Numbered from the stretch's first letter, positions 29,230-37,203 are shown. The stretch is 64,000 bases of DNA from Candidatus Saccharimonadales bacterium (GCA_041752595.1 JBGSWE010000004.1:151057-215056), one strand, 5' to 3'. Program-made: numbers and translations. The notes: generated from the letters alone by a model not told the origin.

Positions 29230-29230
29230 A

Positions 29231-29416
29231 TTAATCCCCGAATGGTATTTCTGGCTCTTCACCTTGTTCGGTTATTGATACATGCTCTTTGGTAGTTATT
29301 TCTCCGGTTGGTATAGAAACTTTTTGCTGCTGCTGTTGCTGTAAGAGTGGCCTCATGTAAAGCCTGTGTTCATAGTGTTGCTCAGTAAGATGTTGTGGTC
29401 TGTATTGTTTTTCCAT
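29231..29416 (-). CDS. Hypothetical small protein with a Q6 tract
   Basis: 61-aa ORF lying downstream of a structured leader. I recognise no motif. Confidence 0.35.
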   Translation of the reverse strand: MEKQYRPQHLTEQHYEHRLYMRPLLQQQQQQKVSIPTGEITTKEHVSITEQGEEPEIPFGD

Positions 29417-29441
29417 ATTGTTCTCGCTTAAGTGATTAAAA

Positions 29442-29469
29442 AATAAAAAAAGCTTCCTGGTGAAGCCTT
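29442..29469 (-). terminator. Intrinsic terminator hairpin within a minus-strand leader
   Basis: The minus-strand RNA reads AAGGCUUC-ACCAG-GAAGCUUU, followed by UUUUAUUU. One pair is G.U on the minus strand but an A/C mismatch on the plus strand, which favours the minus strand. Confidence 0.6.
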
Positions 29470-29621
29470 GATGGTTGGTTAATGGTCTTGTTAGCTAATT
29501 CATTTGGCTTCACCGCGCGCAACAAGACCTAGGTTGTTAATCACTAGTGACAGTGTGGTCATGTTGTTTGCGAATATGTGTGCCATTAACTCAATAATAC
29601 ACACAAATTCTATGAACTCAA
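29470..29621 (-). promoter_or_regulatory. Candidate promoter plus structured leader (riboswitch/attenuator-like)
   Basis: TTGAGT-16 nt-TATTAT on the minus strand (29621-29594). A 9-bp helix pairs 29484-92 with 29521-29. Segment 29506-14 is complementary to 29459-67, which overlaps the terminator stem. Confidence 0.4.
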
Positions 29622-29630
29622 AATAAATTG

Positions 29631-29659
29631 TTGACAACGTAAATAGTTGAGAGTACACT
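29631..29659 (+). promoter_or_regulatory. Sigma70-type promoter
   Basis: TTGACA (29631-36), a 17-nt spacer, then TACACT (29654-59). Confidence 0.55.
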
Positions 29660-29790
29660 CCACACCGTTATGACACATACCAGTTCACTACATCAAGCAA
29701 TGCCAGCAAAGCGTACGTTTTGCTATTTTAATATTGCCCAAATTAGTGCTGGAAAAGTTTCGTAAATATAAATAATATTTGAACCGCGCA

Positions 29791-29823
29791 ACCGACTCCA
29801 GCACAATGGAGTCGGTTTTTTTT
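29791..29823 (+). terminator. Strong intrinsic terminator inside the 5' leader of the 29842 ORF
   Basis: 10-bp stem ACCGACTCCA/TGGAGTCGGT with loop GCACAA, followed by seven T. It ends 18 nt before the ATG. Confidence 0.8.
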
Positions 29824-29841
29824 AAGGTCAAAAGGAGTAAT

Positions 29842-30150
29842 ATGACAGTCCTAGAAGCAGAACAGGTCGAGCCCAGGATAGAATTGCCTGCCGGAATAGA
29901 GATAAATAGTGAAGTTGTAAGCGACTTAGGAACTATTACTCTTCTTGCGGGCAATGTTTTAATTGTAAAAATTGATCCAGAAATTATAAATACCTATCAA
30001 AAGCATTCTGCTGAAGGTGTGGCATTATCTGGTTTACTATTTAATCTAAGGGAAAAATTAAGTAAAGAGCATCAACTGATTTTTAGTACTGTACCTGGTG
30101 AACCATCCAAGATTGGAATATGGGTAGGTTTAGATGACGGAGACAATTAA
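29842..30150 (+). CDS. Hypothetical protein
   Basis: I place the start at the internal ATG, which is preceded by AAGGAG (29832-37). The tracked N-terminal extension would run through the terminator. Confidence 0.5.
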   Translation: MTVLEAEQVEPRIELPAGIEINSEVVSDLGTITLLAGNVLIVKIDPEIINTYQKHSAEGVALSGLLFNLREKLSKEHQLIFSTVPGEPSKIGIWVGLDDGDN

Positions 30151-32477
30151 CTAATTTGATTCAATTTGAATTGAGTGTAGCGCTCAGCTGCCAGTCTAGA
30201 CAGTTCTTGGTCTTCGCCTTTATTAACAAACTTCATAGCGGTTGCAAGTAGTGGGTGTACTTCCGATAGCTTATCGTGCATTTCCTTAACAAGTTTTCTA
30301 TAGCCAGGATGACCTTGTGGTGATGTTCTAAGTTCGTGCAAATGGAAAGCTTCGCGTGCGTTATATGTTATCTTCCAGCGCATACGATGACCTAGGAGAG
30401 TTGCATACTGCGCTTCTAATTCATAGTTCTTACTTTGTAGTAGGCTAAATAATTCTGCGGCCATATCAAAACATGATTCATAATCATCAGCTAGACCAGC
30501 CTGCTCTATTAGACTAGGCATATCAAATCCATATCTTGGAGTAAGTTGTTGCCATTCTAAACTATCAACCATTCTGTGTCTTTGTAGGTCTCTAAATATT
30601 CCATAATCACAAATAAGATCGTAAGAATAGTGGGCTATTTCTAATGCTCTGCCCGGTTTATGTCTTCTGTTTAGCCTTTCTCCAATATATGTATCAAAAG
30701 TTTCCAGTTTTTGTTCATAGCTCCAGTTTGCAACTTCTTTATGTAGGTCTTTTAAACTCATATTACTGTGTTCGTAAAGCATGTGAGGTAGTAGATCCAG
30801 TTCGTTCCTGGGCCAATAATCAACTAGCTGAACGTCTTCATCTAATGATCCTGAATTGTTTGGAAGGAGTTTATCGTTAATATTTCGCATAGCACTATGC
30901 GTACTTGCCTTATAGGCAATGTTTGCCCCTCCCCTATCTGGCTTATCAGCTCTTTCTAGGAATGTGGGCATCGTTTTACGTGCTTCTATTAGCATAGCTT
31001 CTCCGGTAGTTTTGGCTTCAGGCAGGTCGTCGGAAAGCAAATGCATAATTAAACTTTCTAATGCTTGTCCTGAGGCAAATATTCCAACAGTTGATTTTGT
31101 GGCAACCGGTAAAACGGCCCTAACCGCATCACATGCTTGAGCTCTTGATGCTCCCTGGAATGCTACATCCCTTTCACTTTCTGGTACATTACTGTGTTCA
31201 CGCACATAAGAAGTTAGGACATGTACCATTTCTGAATATTTATCAAAAATAGCATCCATAGTTTCAATATATTTTGATTTTACTTCTTCTGATAATTGTT
31301 CGGGCACAAAATAACGGTACATTCCATTATTATCTTTTTGATCAAAATATATATAGCGAGTTGATTGCTCTAGGTAAGATGCAAGTCGACCCCACTCCAA
31401 TTTTTTGGTTAATAGATTACTGGCATTTTCTACAACTAAATGTTGTCCAACTAGTTGTTGAACAGAATCGTCACCGTAAGCTGTTATTACGCGGTGTAAA
31501 AGTTTCTCATCTTTGCCCTTTGCTCCTGCAAATTCATCTAGAATTGTAATGCGCATATCATCACCGCGACGACTTAGTCGGGCCATTGCTGCTGCAACTG
31601 TAGTTGCGGATAGCTTATCTGTAAATGCATAAACATCGCCATCGACATTTGTGACTGCTGATTCAAGTAACTCCCGACCTTCTGTAGTGATTATAAAGTT
31701 GCCATTTTTATTTTTCTTCACAAACAACGGATCATTATCTAGTTTATTTGGAGCAACTATTTCTTCTTGTTTTTGTTTAATAACTTCTTGAATAGGTGTA
31801 GCTGGTTTTGTATGTACGCTCAGTGGTGGTGCTGTTTCTGATACCGTTTTAGCTTTACTGATGTTTCCATGTAGTGCATTCCAGATACTTACTGAAATCT
31901 CATCAATTTCATTAGATGCGTTAATTACTTGATAATCTCTTTGTTTTGCCTCCCAAAGATAGCCAGCTCGGACTCTTTCTAAAAATGCTTCATCTAAATT
32001 ATCAAATCGTTCACCTGCCCCTCGTTTTTCCGCTCGGTCTCGCAGCGTAGCAACAGGTGCGTCAAGGATTATAGTCATATCTGGTTCCATATCACCTACT
32101 GCAAAATCAATTATTTTTGTGATTGTTTCGTAATCTGGGACATCACCACGACCATAATACTGAATAGCTAGAGTGCTAAGGTAGTTTCTGTCACATAAAC
32201 ATATGACTCCTTGTTCACGAGCCTTTCTAATAACCTCAAGTGACTGGCTACGAGCTGCGTTGTACAGTAATGCTTCTGTACGAGTGTTCATAGGATATTG
32301 AGGGTCCTGAGTCAGCATACGAAGCGTACGAGCGGTAATGTCGCTTTGGCTGTCTGGCTCCCTGAATAGTCTAACTGGGTATCCTTGCTCGCGTAGGCGT
32401 TCAGCAAGTAATTCGAGCTGCGTAGTTTTGCCGGAGCCTTGAGGACCTTCCAGTACAATATAGCGGCCACTATTCAT
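30147..32477 (-). CDS. Fusion protein: thymidylate kinase + tandem ThyX-like (flavin-dependent thymidylate synthase) domains
   Basis: 776 aa. The N-terminal roughly 200 aa look like Tmk (VLEGPQGSGKTTQ P-loop). The C-terminal roughly 550 aa hold two ThyX-like halves: one degenerate (WGRLASYLEQSTRY) and one with the RHR motif (DLQRHRMVDS...TPRY). Confidence 0.8.
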   Translation of the reverse strand: MNSGRYIVLEGPQGSGKTTQLELLAERLREQGYPVRLFREPDSQSDITARTLRMLTQDPQYPMNTRTEALLYNAARSQSLEVIRKAREQGVICLCDRNYLSTLAIQYYGRGDVPDYETITKIIDFAVGDMEPDMTIILDAPVATLRDRAEKRGAGERFDNLDEAFLERVRAGYLWEAKQRDYQVINASNEIDEISVSIWNALHGNISKAKTVSETAPPLSVHTKPATPIQEVIKQKQEEIVAPNKLDNDPLFVKKNKNGNFIITTEGRELLESAVTNVDGDVYAFTDKLSATTVAAAMARLSRRGDDMRITILDEFAGAKGKDEKLLHRVITAYGDDSVQQLVGQHLVVENASNLLTKKLEWGRLASYLEQSTRYIYFDQKDNNGMYRYFVPEQLSEEVKSKYIETMDAIFDKYSEMVHVLTSYVREHSNVPESERDVAFQGASRAQACDAVRAVLPVATKSTVGIFASGQALESLIMHLLSDDLPEAKTTGEAMLIEARKTMPTFLERADKPDRGGANIAYKASTHSAMRNINDKLLPNNSGSLDEDVQLVDYWPRNELDLLPHMLYEHSNMSLKDLHKEVANWSYEQKLETFDTYIGERLNRRHKPGRALEIAHYSYDLICDYGIFRDLQRHRMVDSLEWQQLTPRYGFDMPSLIEQAGLADDYESCFDMAAELFSLLQSKNYELEAQYATLLGHRMRWKITYNAREAFHLHELRTSPQGHPGYRKLVKEMHDKLSEVHPLLATAMKFVNKGEDQELSRLAAERYTQFKLNQIS

Positions 32478-33183
32478 AGCTTAGCCCTTGTATGGTTTCT
32501 GGAAGTTTACGATTATCCTTGTATGCTTTTGGAAGCATCTGTGAAGGGTCCCAGGTTGAAATTATAGTTTTAAACTCTGTACCTAATTGATATTTGCCGC
32601 TAAATCCGTTGTCTCTACCTTTTCCATAGTCACCATCAACTTCACCTGTTTCGTGGAAAATTATTTGAGCTATTCGTTCACCAACGGGCAGCAAAATTGT
32701 TTCTCTTTGATTAAGATTATAAATTTCTAAAGTTAAACGGTTAATATAGCCCGGATCTATCCAGCCAGCATCGAAACAAACAGCTACACCATTCCTACCC
32801 CAGCTTGAACGGCTTTTAACTTCTGCAGCACCTGGTGGTTTGATTCCAAAAAACTCATGAGTATGAGCTAAGATACGCTCACCAGGCTTAATGGCTATGA
32901 CCGGGTGGTCTTCGGGTATGTGATTCTGTAGATTCACGCCGTTTAGTTTGCACCATACCTTGTGAGGCATAGCTTTATAGGGGCCATCAAAATATCTTTC
33001 TACATCTTCTCTGTCAAATGGATTATATATATTTCTCTCGTTTGTGCGTTCTACTCTGTAAAAATGATAACCCAAAGTAACATCTAGCGAAGCCTGACTC
33101 ACATGCTTGTCATCGAAAGGTAAACACAGGATATGACCATCCTTTATAGCTGCCCTAATCTGCGTATTACTAAATACTCCCAA
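32470..33183 (-). CDS. dcd: dCTP deaminase family protein
   Basis: 237 aa with a TTG start. It has QASLDVTLG and GWIDPGY motifs. Its 3' end overlaps the tmk-thyX start by 8 nt. Confidence 0.85.
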   Translation of the reverse strand: MGVFSNTQIRAAIKDGHILCLPFDDKHVSQASLDVTLGYHFYRVERTNERNIYNPFDREDVERYFDGPYKAMPHKVWCKLNGVNLQNHIPEDHPVIAIKPGERILAHTHEFFGIKPPGAAEVKSRSSWGRNGVAVCFDAGWIDPGYINRLTLEIYNLNQRETILLPVGERIAQIIFHETGEVDGDYGKGRDNGFSGKYQLGTEFKTIISTWDPSQMLPKAYKDNRKLPETIQGLSYE

Positions 33184-33204
33184 AATGTCCCCTTTGTTTC
33201 ATTT

Positions 33205-33233
33205 AGTATACGGTCCATTGTTTTGCCATACAA
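33205..33233 (-). promoter_or_regulatory. Candidate promoter of dcd-tmk/thyX
   Basis: Minus strand TTGTAT-17 nt-TATACT, lying downstream of the rplA terminator. Confidence 0.45.
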
Positions 33234-33278
33234 GCACATACATGTTGTACTTTTTATATAAGGTTAGATATAAAATTT

Positions 33279-33316
33279 AAAAAAATACTCTGCCTAGATA
33301 TTATCTGGCAGAGTAT
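33279..33316 (-). terminator. Rho-independent terminator after rplA
   Basis: 10-bp stem ATACTCTGCC/GGCAGAGTAT with a U-run on the minus strand. A T-run is also present on the plus side. Confidence 0.7.
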
Positions 33317-33349
33317 TTTTATTTAGTCCGTAAAACTTTAAAAGATTAT

Positions 33350-34297
33350 TTAAAGTTCGCTTATAGCAACTTTGATACCAGGGCCCATTGAGGTGCTGAT
33401 AGTGATGTTCTTAACGTAAACACCTTTAATTGTGCTGGGTTTGTTTCCTTTTACAGAAACGAACACTGCTTGGGCGTTTTCTAATAGTTTGTCAGCCCCG
33501 AAAGATACCTTACCTATTCCAAGGTGTACAATTCCAGTAGAGTCAACTCTATACTCAACCTTACCAGCTTTAGATGCTGTAACGGCTTTAACGACATCAG
33601 TTGTAACTGTTCCGCTCTTAGGGTTAGGCATAAGACCTTTTGGTCCTAAAACTCTAGCATATTTACCAAGTTTCGCCATAAGTGCTGGAGTAGCAACAAG
33701 AACATCAAAGTTAATTATTCCTTTTTCTATTTCTTTCAATAGTTCTTCGTTTCCTGCTATGTCTGCACCAGCCTTTTTAGCGGCTGCTGCGTCGTCAGCT
33801 TCTGCAAGTACTGCTACACGAACACTTTTACCCGTACCATTTGGCAGCACTAGGTTATCGCGTACGTTTTGGTCTGCTTGTCGTGGGTCAACATTGAGGT
33901 TAATGTGAACTTCTACAGTTGAGTCAAATTTCGTAGTGCTTGTTTTGGTAGCAAGTACTAGGGCATCAGACAAACTATAAGCTGTGTCTTTATCAACTAA
34001 TTTTGAGGCTTCGCGCATCTTCTTTCCTGAACGTTCTAATCTTGAACGTGTAGGAGCTTTGGTGACAGTTTTAACATCAATTGCTTCAGCTTCTTTTTTT
34101 GAAACTTTGCGTTCTTCTTTAGCAATTTTTTCTTCAGTTTCGTTTATCGCTTTAGCACTACGTTTTCCAGCTTTTGCTATTGTTTTGGTATCAGCAGTTA
34201 CGGTTTCAATTGAAACAACTGTTTCTTCAGCTGGAACAGTAACTTCATCAATTTTTTTAGTTTTTGAAGTAGTTGATTTTTTCTTGGCTTCTGCCAT
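33350..34297 (-). CDS. rplA: 50S ribosomal protein L1 with an N-terminal extension of about 85 aa
   Basis: 315 aa. The L1 core begins near ERSGKKMREASKLVDKD. The preceding K/E/T/A-rich segment is extra. Confidence 0.9.
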   Translation of the reverse strand: MAEAKKKSTTSKTKKIDEVTVPAEETVVSIETVTADTKTIAKAGKRSAKAINETEEKIAKEERKVSKKEAEAIDVKTVTKAPTRSRLERSGKKMREASKLVDKDTAYSLSDALVLATKTSTTKFDSTVEVHINLNVDPRQADQNVRDNLVLPNGTGKSVRVAVLAEADDAAAAKKAGADIAGNEELLKEIEKGIINFDVLVATPALMAKLGKYARVLGPKGLMPNPKSGTVTTDVVKAVTASKAGKVEYRVDSTGIVHLGIGKVSFGADKLLENAQAVFVSVKGNKPSTIKGVYVKNITISTSMGPGIKVAISEL

Positions 34298-34404
34298 AGT
34301 GTTATCCTTTCGTGGTGCTAACGTTTACTATGATGTAAACTCCCACAAATTAATATTGTTATAAACTTAATTATAACAGATGTACGTTATAAAATCTATA
34401 GTAC

Positions 34405-34737
34405 TTAAGATTCGTCGCAATCTTTACTGCCCGCATACTGGACACGAACATCTTTAGTATAAAGATCGCCGTGGAAGGTTGCTGATCCGTAACTATAAGT
34501 TTCGCCACCGACAGTATAGTCCCATTCTACGTTTGATAGATGAAGCATGTTGGCTGCTAGCGTGCTTCCGCGGTGAGCTCTTTCTATCAAACTAGCTTCA
34601 ATTTCCTCAGGAAGTTTGCCTTCCATGTGCGCTTTTTTCCAAGCAGAGCTTAATTCACTTGTCATTTCACCAGGCAGTGTAATGTCTCTAGACTGTCCTG
34701 CGTAATTCTCTCCGAAACCGGTATTACTTTTGCTCAT
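34405..34737 (-). CDS. Hypothetical protein
   Basis: 110-aa ORF with a 2-nt gap to the upstream ORF. It lies between rplK and rplA. Confidence 0.45.
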   Translation of the reverse strand: MSKSNTGFGENYAGQSRDITLPGEMTSELSSAWKKAHMEGKLPEEIEASLIERAHRGSTLAANMLHLSNVEWDYTVGGETYSYGSATFHGDLYTKDVRVQYAGSKDCDES

Positions 34738-34739
34738 GA

Positions 34740-35027
34740 TTATTTTCCGTCGTCTATATTGTCGATATTTAATTTTAGATGAGCGAGTACTATATCTGCT
34801 CCAAGAAAGTCCCCGTCAGCACGAAGTCTGTTTGCAGTACTGATAGTTGAATCATAAATATGCTTGGGTAATTGCGCTTTAACACCCTTTGGAAGATCGA
34901 CATGCGTTTCATTTGAAGCTCTTATACCTTCTGCCCATACTAAAGCTTCAGTAGCCTGATCATTGTGATCTGAAATTTTAAAATCTGTGCCCTCGGTATT
35001 TGGGTTGAATGGTTTATGTTCTGACAT
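34740..35027 (-). CDS. Hypothetical protein
   Basis: 95-aa ORF lying downstream of the rplK terminator. Confidence 0.45.
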   Translation of the reverse strand: MSEHKPFNPNTEGTDFKISDHNDQATEALVWAEGIRASNETHVDLPKGVKAQLPKHIYDSTISTANRLRADGDFLGADIVLAHLKLNIDNIDDGK

Positions 35028-35089
35028 ATTGGATAGTAATGTACTGCCCCTGGTTCTAGTTGTAAAGCAATAAGCTTGGATAACAGATT

Positions 35090-35122
35090 AAAAAAAGCCC
35101 TCTCATATAGTGAAAGGGCTTT
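35090..35122 (-). terminator. Terminator-like hairpin after rplK
   Basis: Stem AAGCCCT/AGGGCTT with a 13-nt loop and a U-run on the minus strand. Confidence 0.55.
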
Positions 35123-35140
35123 ATATTAATTAAAGAATAA

Positions 35141-35575
35141 TTAAGCTTCGATTTCTACGCCCATTGACCTTGCAGTACCTGCAACCATCTTTTTTACAGC
35201 ATCAATATCTTCTGCATTCATATCTTCCATTTTTGCCTGAGCAATTTCTGTTAGTTGAGAGTCAGATAATTTTTTGCTAATTTTCTCTTTGTTAGGAACG
35301 CCAGAACCTTTTTGTATACCCAGAGCTTTTCTAATTAAATCGTCAGTTGGAGTACCAACAAAACGCCATACCATTGTTTTGTCGTCAAATATTGTGATGT
35401 GAACAGTTAAGTCCTGCCCCATTTTATCCTTGGTGGCGTCGTTGAATGGTTGGATAAAATCCATCATGTTTACACCGTACTGTCCAAGTGTACTTCCTAC
35501 GGGTGGCGCGGCTGAGGCTTGTCCGCCCTTAATCTTCATTTTCAAATTTGCACGAATTTTTTTAGCATTTGCCAT
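35141..35575 (-). CDS. rplK: 50S ribosomal protein L11
   Basis: 144 aa. KGGQASAAPPVGSTLGQYGVNMMDF is a canonical L11 N-terminal domain. Confidence 0.95.
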   Translation of the reverse strand: MANAKKIRANLKMKIKGGQASAAPPVGSTLGQYGVNMMDFIQPFNDATKDKMGQDLTVHITIFDDKTMVWRFVGTPTDDLIRKALGIQKGSGVPNKEKISKKLSDSQLTEIAQAKMEDMNAEDIDAVKKMVAGTARSMGVEIEA

Positions 35576-35668
35576 AATATTTCCTTGATAATTGTTAGCT
35601 ATTAGAAGCTGCTAACGTTGTGCGTAACTGATTGATTTTAACATAATGTAAGGATATAGTCCAGGCCT

Positions 35669-36034
35669 TTATGCCTGCCTAGTTTCTGGACCTGAGCTAG
35701 CAATGTGGTGAGGCAGGTCGCTAAAATATATTAAGTTTTGCATTATAGCCTTATCCACTACAAGGGCTGCGGTCCTGAATGCTTTTAGCGCGGCTAGTGA
35801 CTGCTCTTTAACACAGTCAAATTCAGAATCATCTACGCATGACATGACTTCCGCTAAATGATCAAGAATAAACTCATTCATTGCACTTAGTACTGGATTA
35901 ACTGCATGAACTACATTTTCGGCAGGAGATCCTGGTAGTACGTCTCCATCTGTTTCTAACGCTTCAATATTATTTTTTGACACTAAATTACCCTCGTTTT
36001 GTACAAGTTTATTTAGAATTTTGCGTTTAGTCAA
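35669..36034 (-). CDS. Hypothetical protein
   Basis: 121-aa ORF inserted between nusG and rplK. I recognise no motif. Confidence 0.4.
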   Translation of the reverse strand: MTKRKILNKLVQNEGNLVSKNNIEALETDGDVLPGSPAENVVHAVNPVLSAMNEFILDHLAEVMSCVDDSEFDCVKEQSLAALKAFRTAALVVDKAIMQNLIYFSDLPHHIASSGPETRQA

Positions 36035-36078
36035 AGTAAAAAATAAAACATTTATTTTTATTTCTTTAGATTAACTAA

Positions 36079-36624
36079 CTAAACTTTTTTAACTTGTAAG
36101 CTATCGAGTTCGATAGGTGTTTCGCGGCCAAACATATTAACTAGGACTTTAAGTTTGCCCTTTTGCAGGTCTATTTCATTAATAGCGCCATCGAAGCCCT
36201 TGAAGGGACCATCTGTTATATTAACAACGTCACCGATGTCGTAATCAATTTTGTGTTTAGGTTCATCGCGGCCCATGCGTTTCATTATTTTTTCGATTTC
36301 TTCGGTTTCGACTTGTGTTGGTTCAGTTCCAGTTCCTACAAAACCAGTAACAGATGGAGTATTACGAACGATATACCAAGCATCTTCGGATAATTTCATT
36401 TGTACGAGTACATAACCCTGGAAAATACGCTTTTCGACAACTTTACGTTTGCCATTTTTAATTTCTATCATTTTTTCTTTTGGTACTAGTACTTGATAGA
36501 TCTTATCTTTCATATCAAGCGCATCTGCTCTTTGACGAATAGATTCGGCTACCTTTTCTTCGTAGCCAGAGTATGTGTGGATTGCGTACCACTGCTTAGT
36601 TGTATCGTATCGTTTACTCATCAT
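36079..36624 (-). CDS. nusG: Transcription termination/antitermination factor NusG
   Basis: 181 aa. NGN domain (WYAIHTYSGYEEKV) and KOW motif (GDVVNITDGPFKGFDGAINEID). Confidence 0.95.
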   Translation of the reverse strand: MMSKRYDTTKQWYAIHTYSGYEEKVAESIRQRADALDMKDKIYQVLVPKEKMIEIKNGKRKVVEKRIFQGYVLVQMKLSEDAWYIVRNTPSVTGFVGTGTEPTQVETEEIEKIMKRMGRDEPKHKIDYDIGDVVNITDGPFKGFDGAINEIDLQKGKLKVLVNMFGRETPIELDSLQVKKV

Positions 36625-36630
36625 TGCTCC

Positions 36631-37035
36631 TTAGGCTCTAAATATTATGCGTCTAATTATTGAATCTAGTACTTGGTCTACCCCTGCAGCAACAAGACCG
36701 AAGACTGCTGCAAAAATTAACACTGCAAAAGTTAACTTAATTGTTTCTTTTCTTGTTGGCCAAGTTACTTGCTTGACTTCTCTGTATGAATTTCGGAAAT
36801 ACTTAAACCAGAAGATGTTTTTTAGGTATCTGCCAACCGCTCTAAAGGGTCTGGTACGAAAAGGAGCAGTTATAAATCTTGCAGGCTTTTTGAATGGACT
36901 TGTAACTTTCTTAACAACTCTACGAACTGGTCGTTTTGGTTGTTTGCTGGCTTTTGCTTCAGCCTTCGCAGTAGATTTTTCAGTACGTTGACGTACTGTT
37001 TCGGTTTTCCTAATTCTTGGTTTTTTATCTGCCAC
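36631..37035 (-). CDS. secE: Preprotein translocase subunit SecE with a long basic N-terminal extension
   Basis: 134 aa with a GTG start. The C-terminal EVKQVTWPTRKETIKLTFAVLIFAAVFGLV is the SecE TM core. Confidence 0.85.
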   Translation of the reverse strand: MADKKPRIRKTETVRQRTEKSTAKAEAKASKQPKRPVRRVVKKVTSPFKKPARFITAPFRTRPFRAVGRYLKNIFWFKYFRNSYREVKQVTWPTRKETIKLTFAVLIFAAVFGLVAAGVDQVLDSIIRRIIFRA

Positions 37036-37084
37036 CTGGCTATTTTCCTTCCTCTTGATATTTCTAAATCAAAAAGCTCAAATT

Positions 37085-37149
37085 AAAAAAGCTTACTACT
37101 AGAGTAAGCCGTACAAAGTCAATATACTTGTTTTTGAATATATAGTCAA
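37085..37149 (-). promoter_or_regulatory. Candidate secE-nusG promoter followed immediately by a hairpin and U-tract
   Basis: Minus strand TTGACT (37149-44), 17 nt, then TATATT (37126-21). A 7-bp stem GCTTACT/AGTAAGC (37091-109) follows, then UUUUUU. Confidence 0.4.
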
Positions 37150-37203
37150 TATTTCCTAATTAATATATTAATTATTATATTATGAAAAGTTAAGTGTTAT
37201 TAT

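Noticed and set aside
29688-29954. 88-aa minus-strand ORF, and the long form (29779 start) of the plus-strand ORF.
   Set aside because: Both run through a 10-bp-stem intrinsic terminator and a promoter region. The SD-supported ATG at 29842 gives a cleaner gene model.
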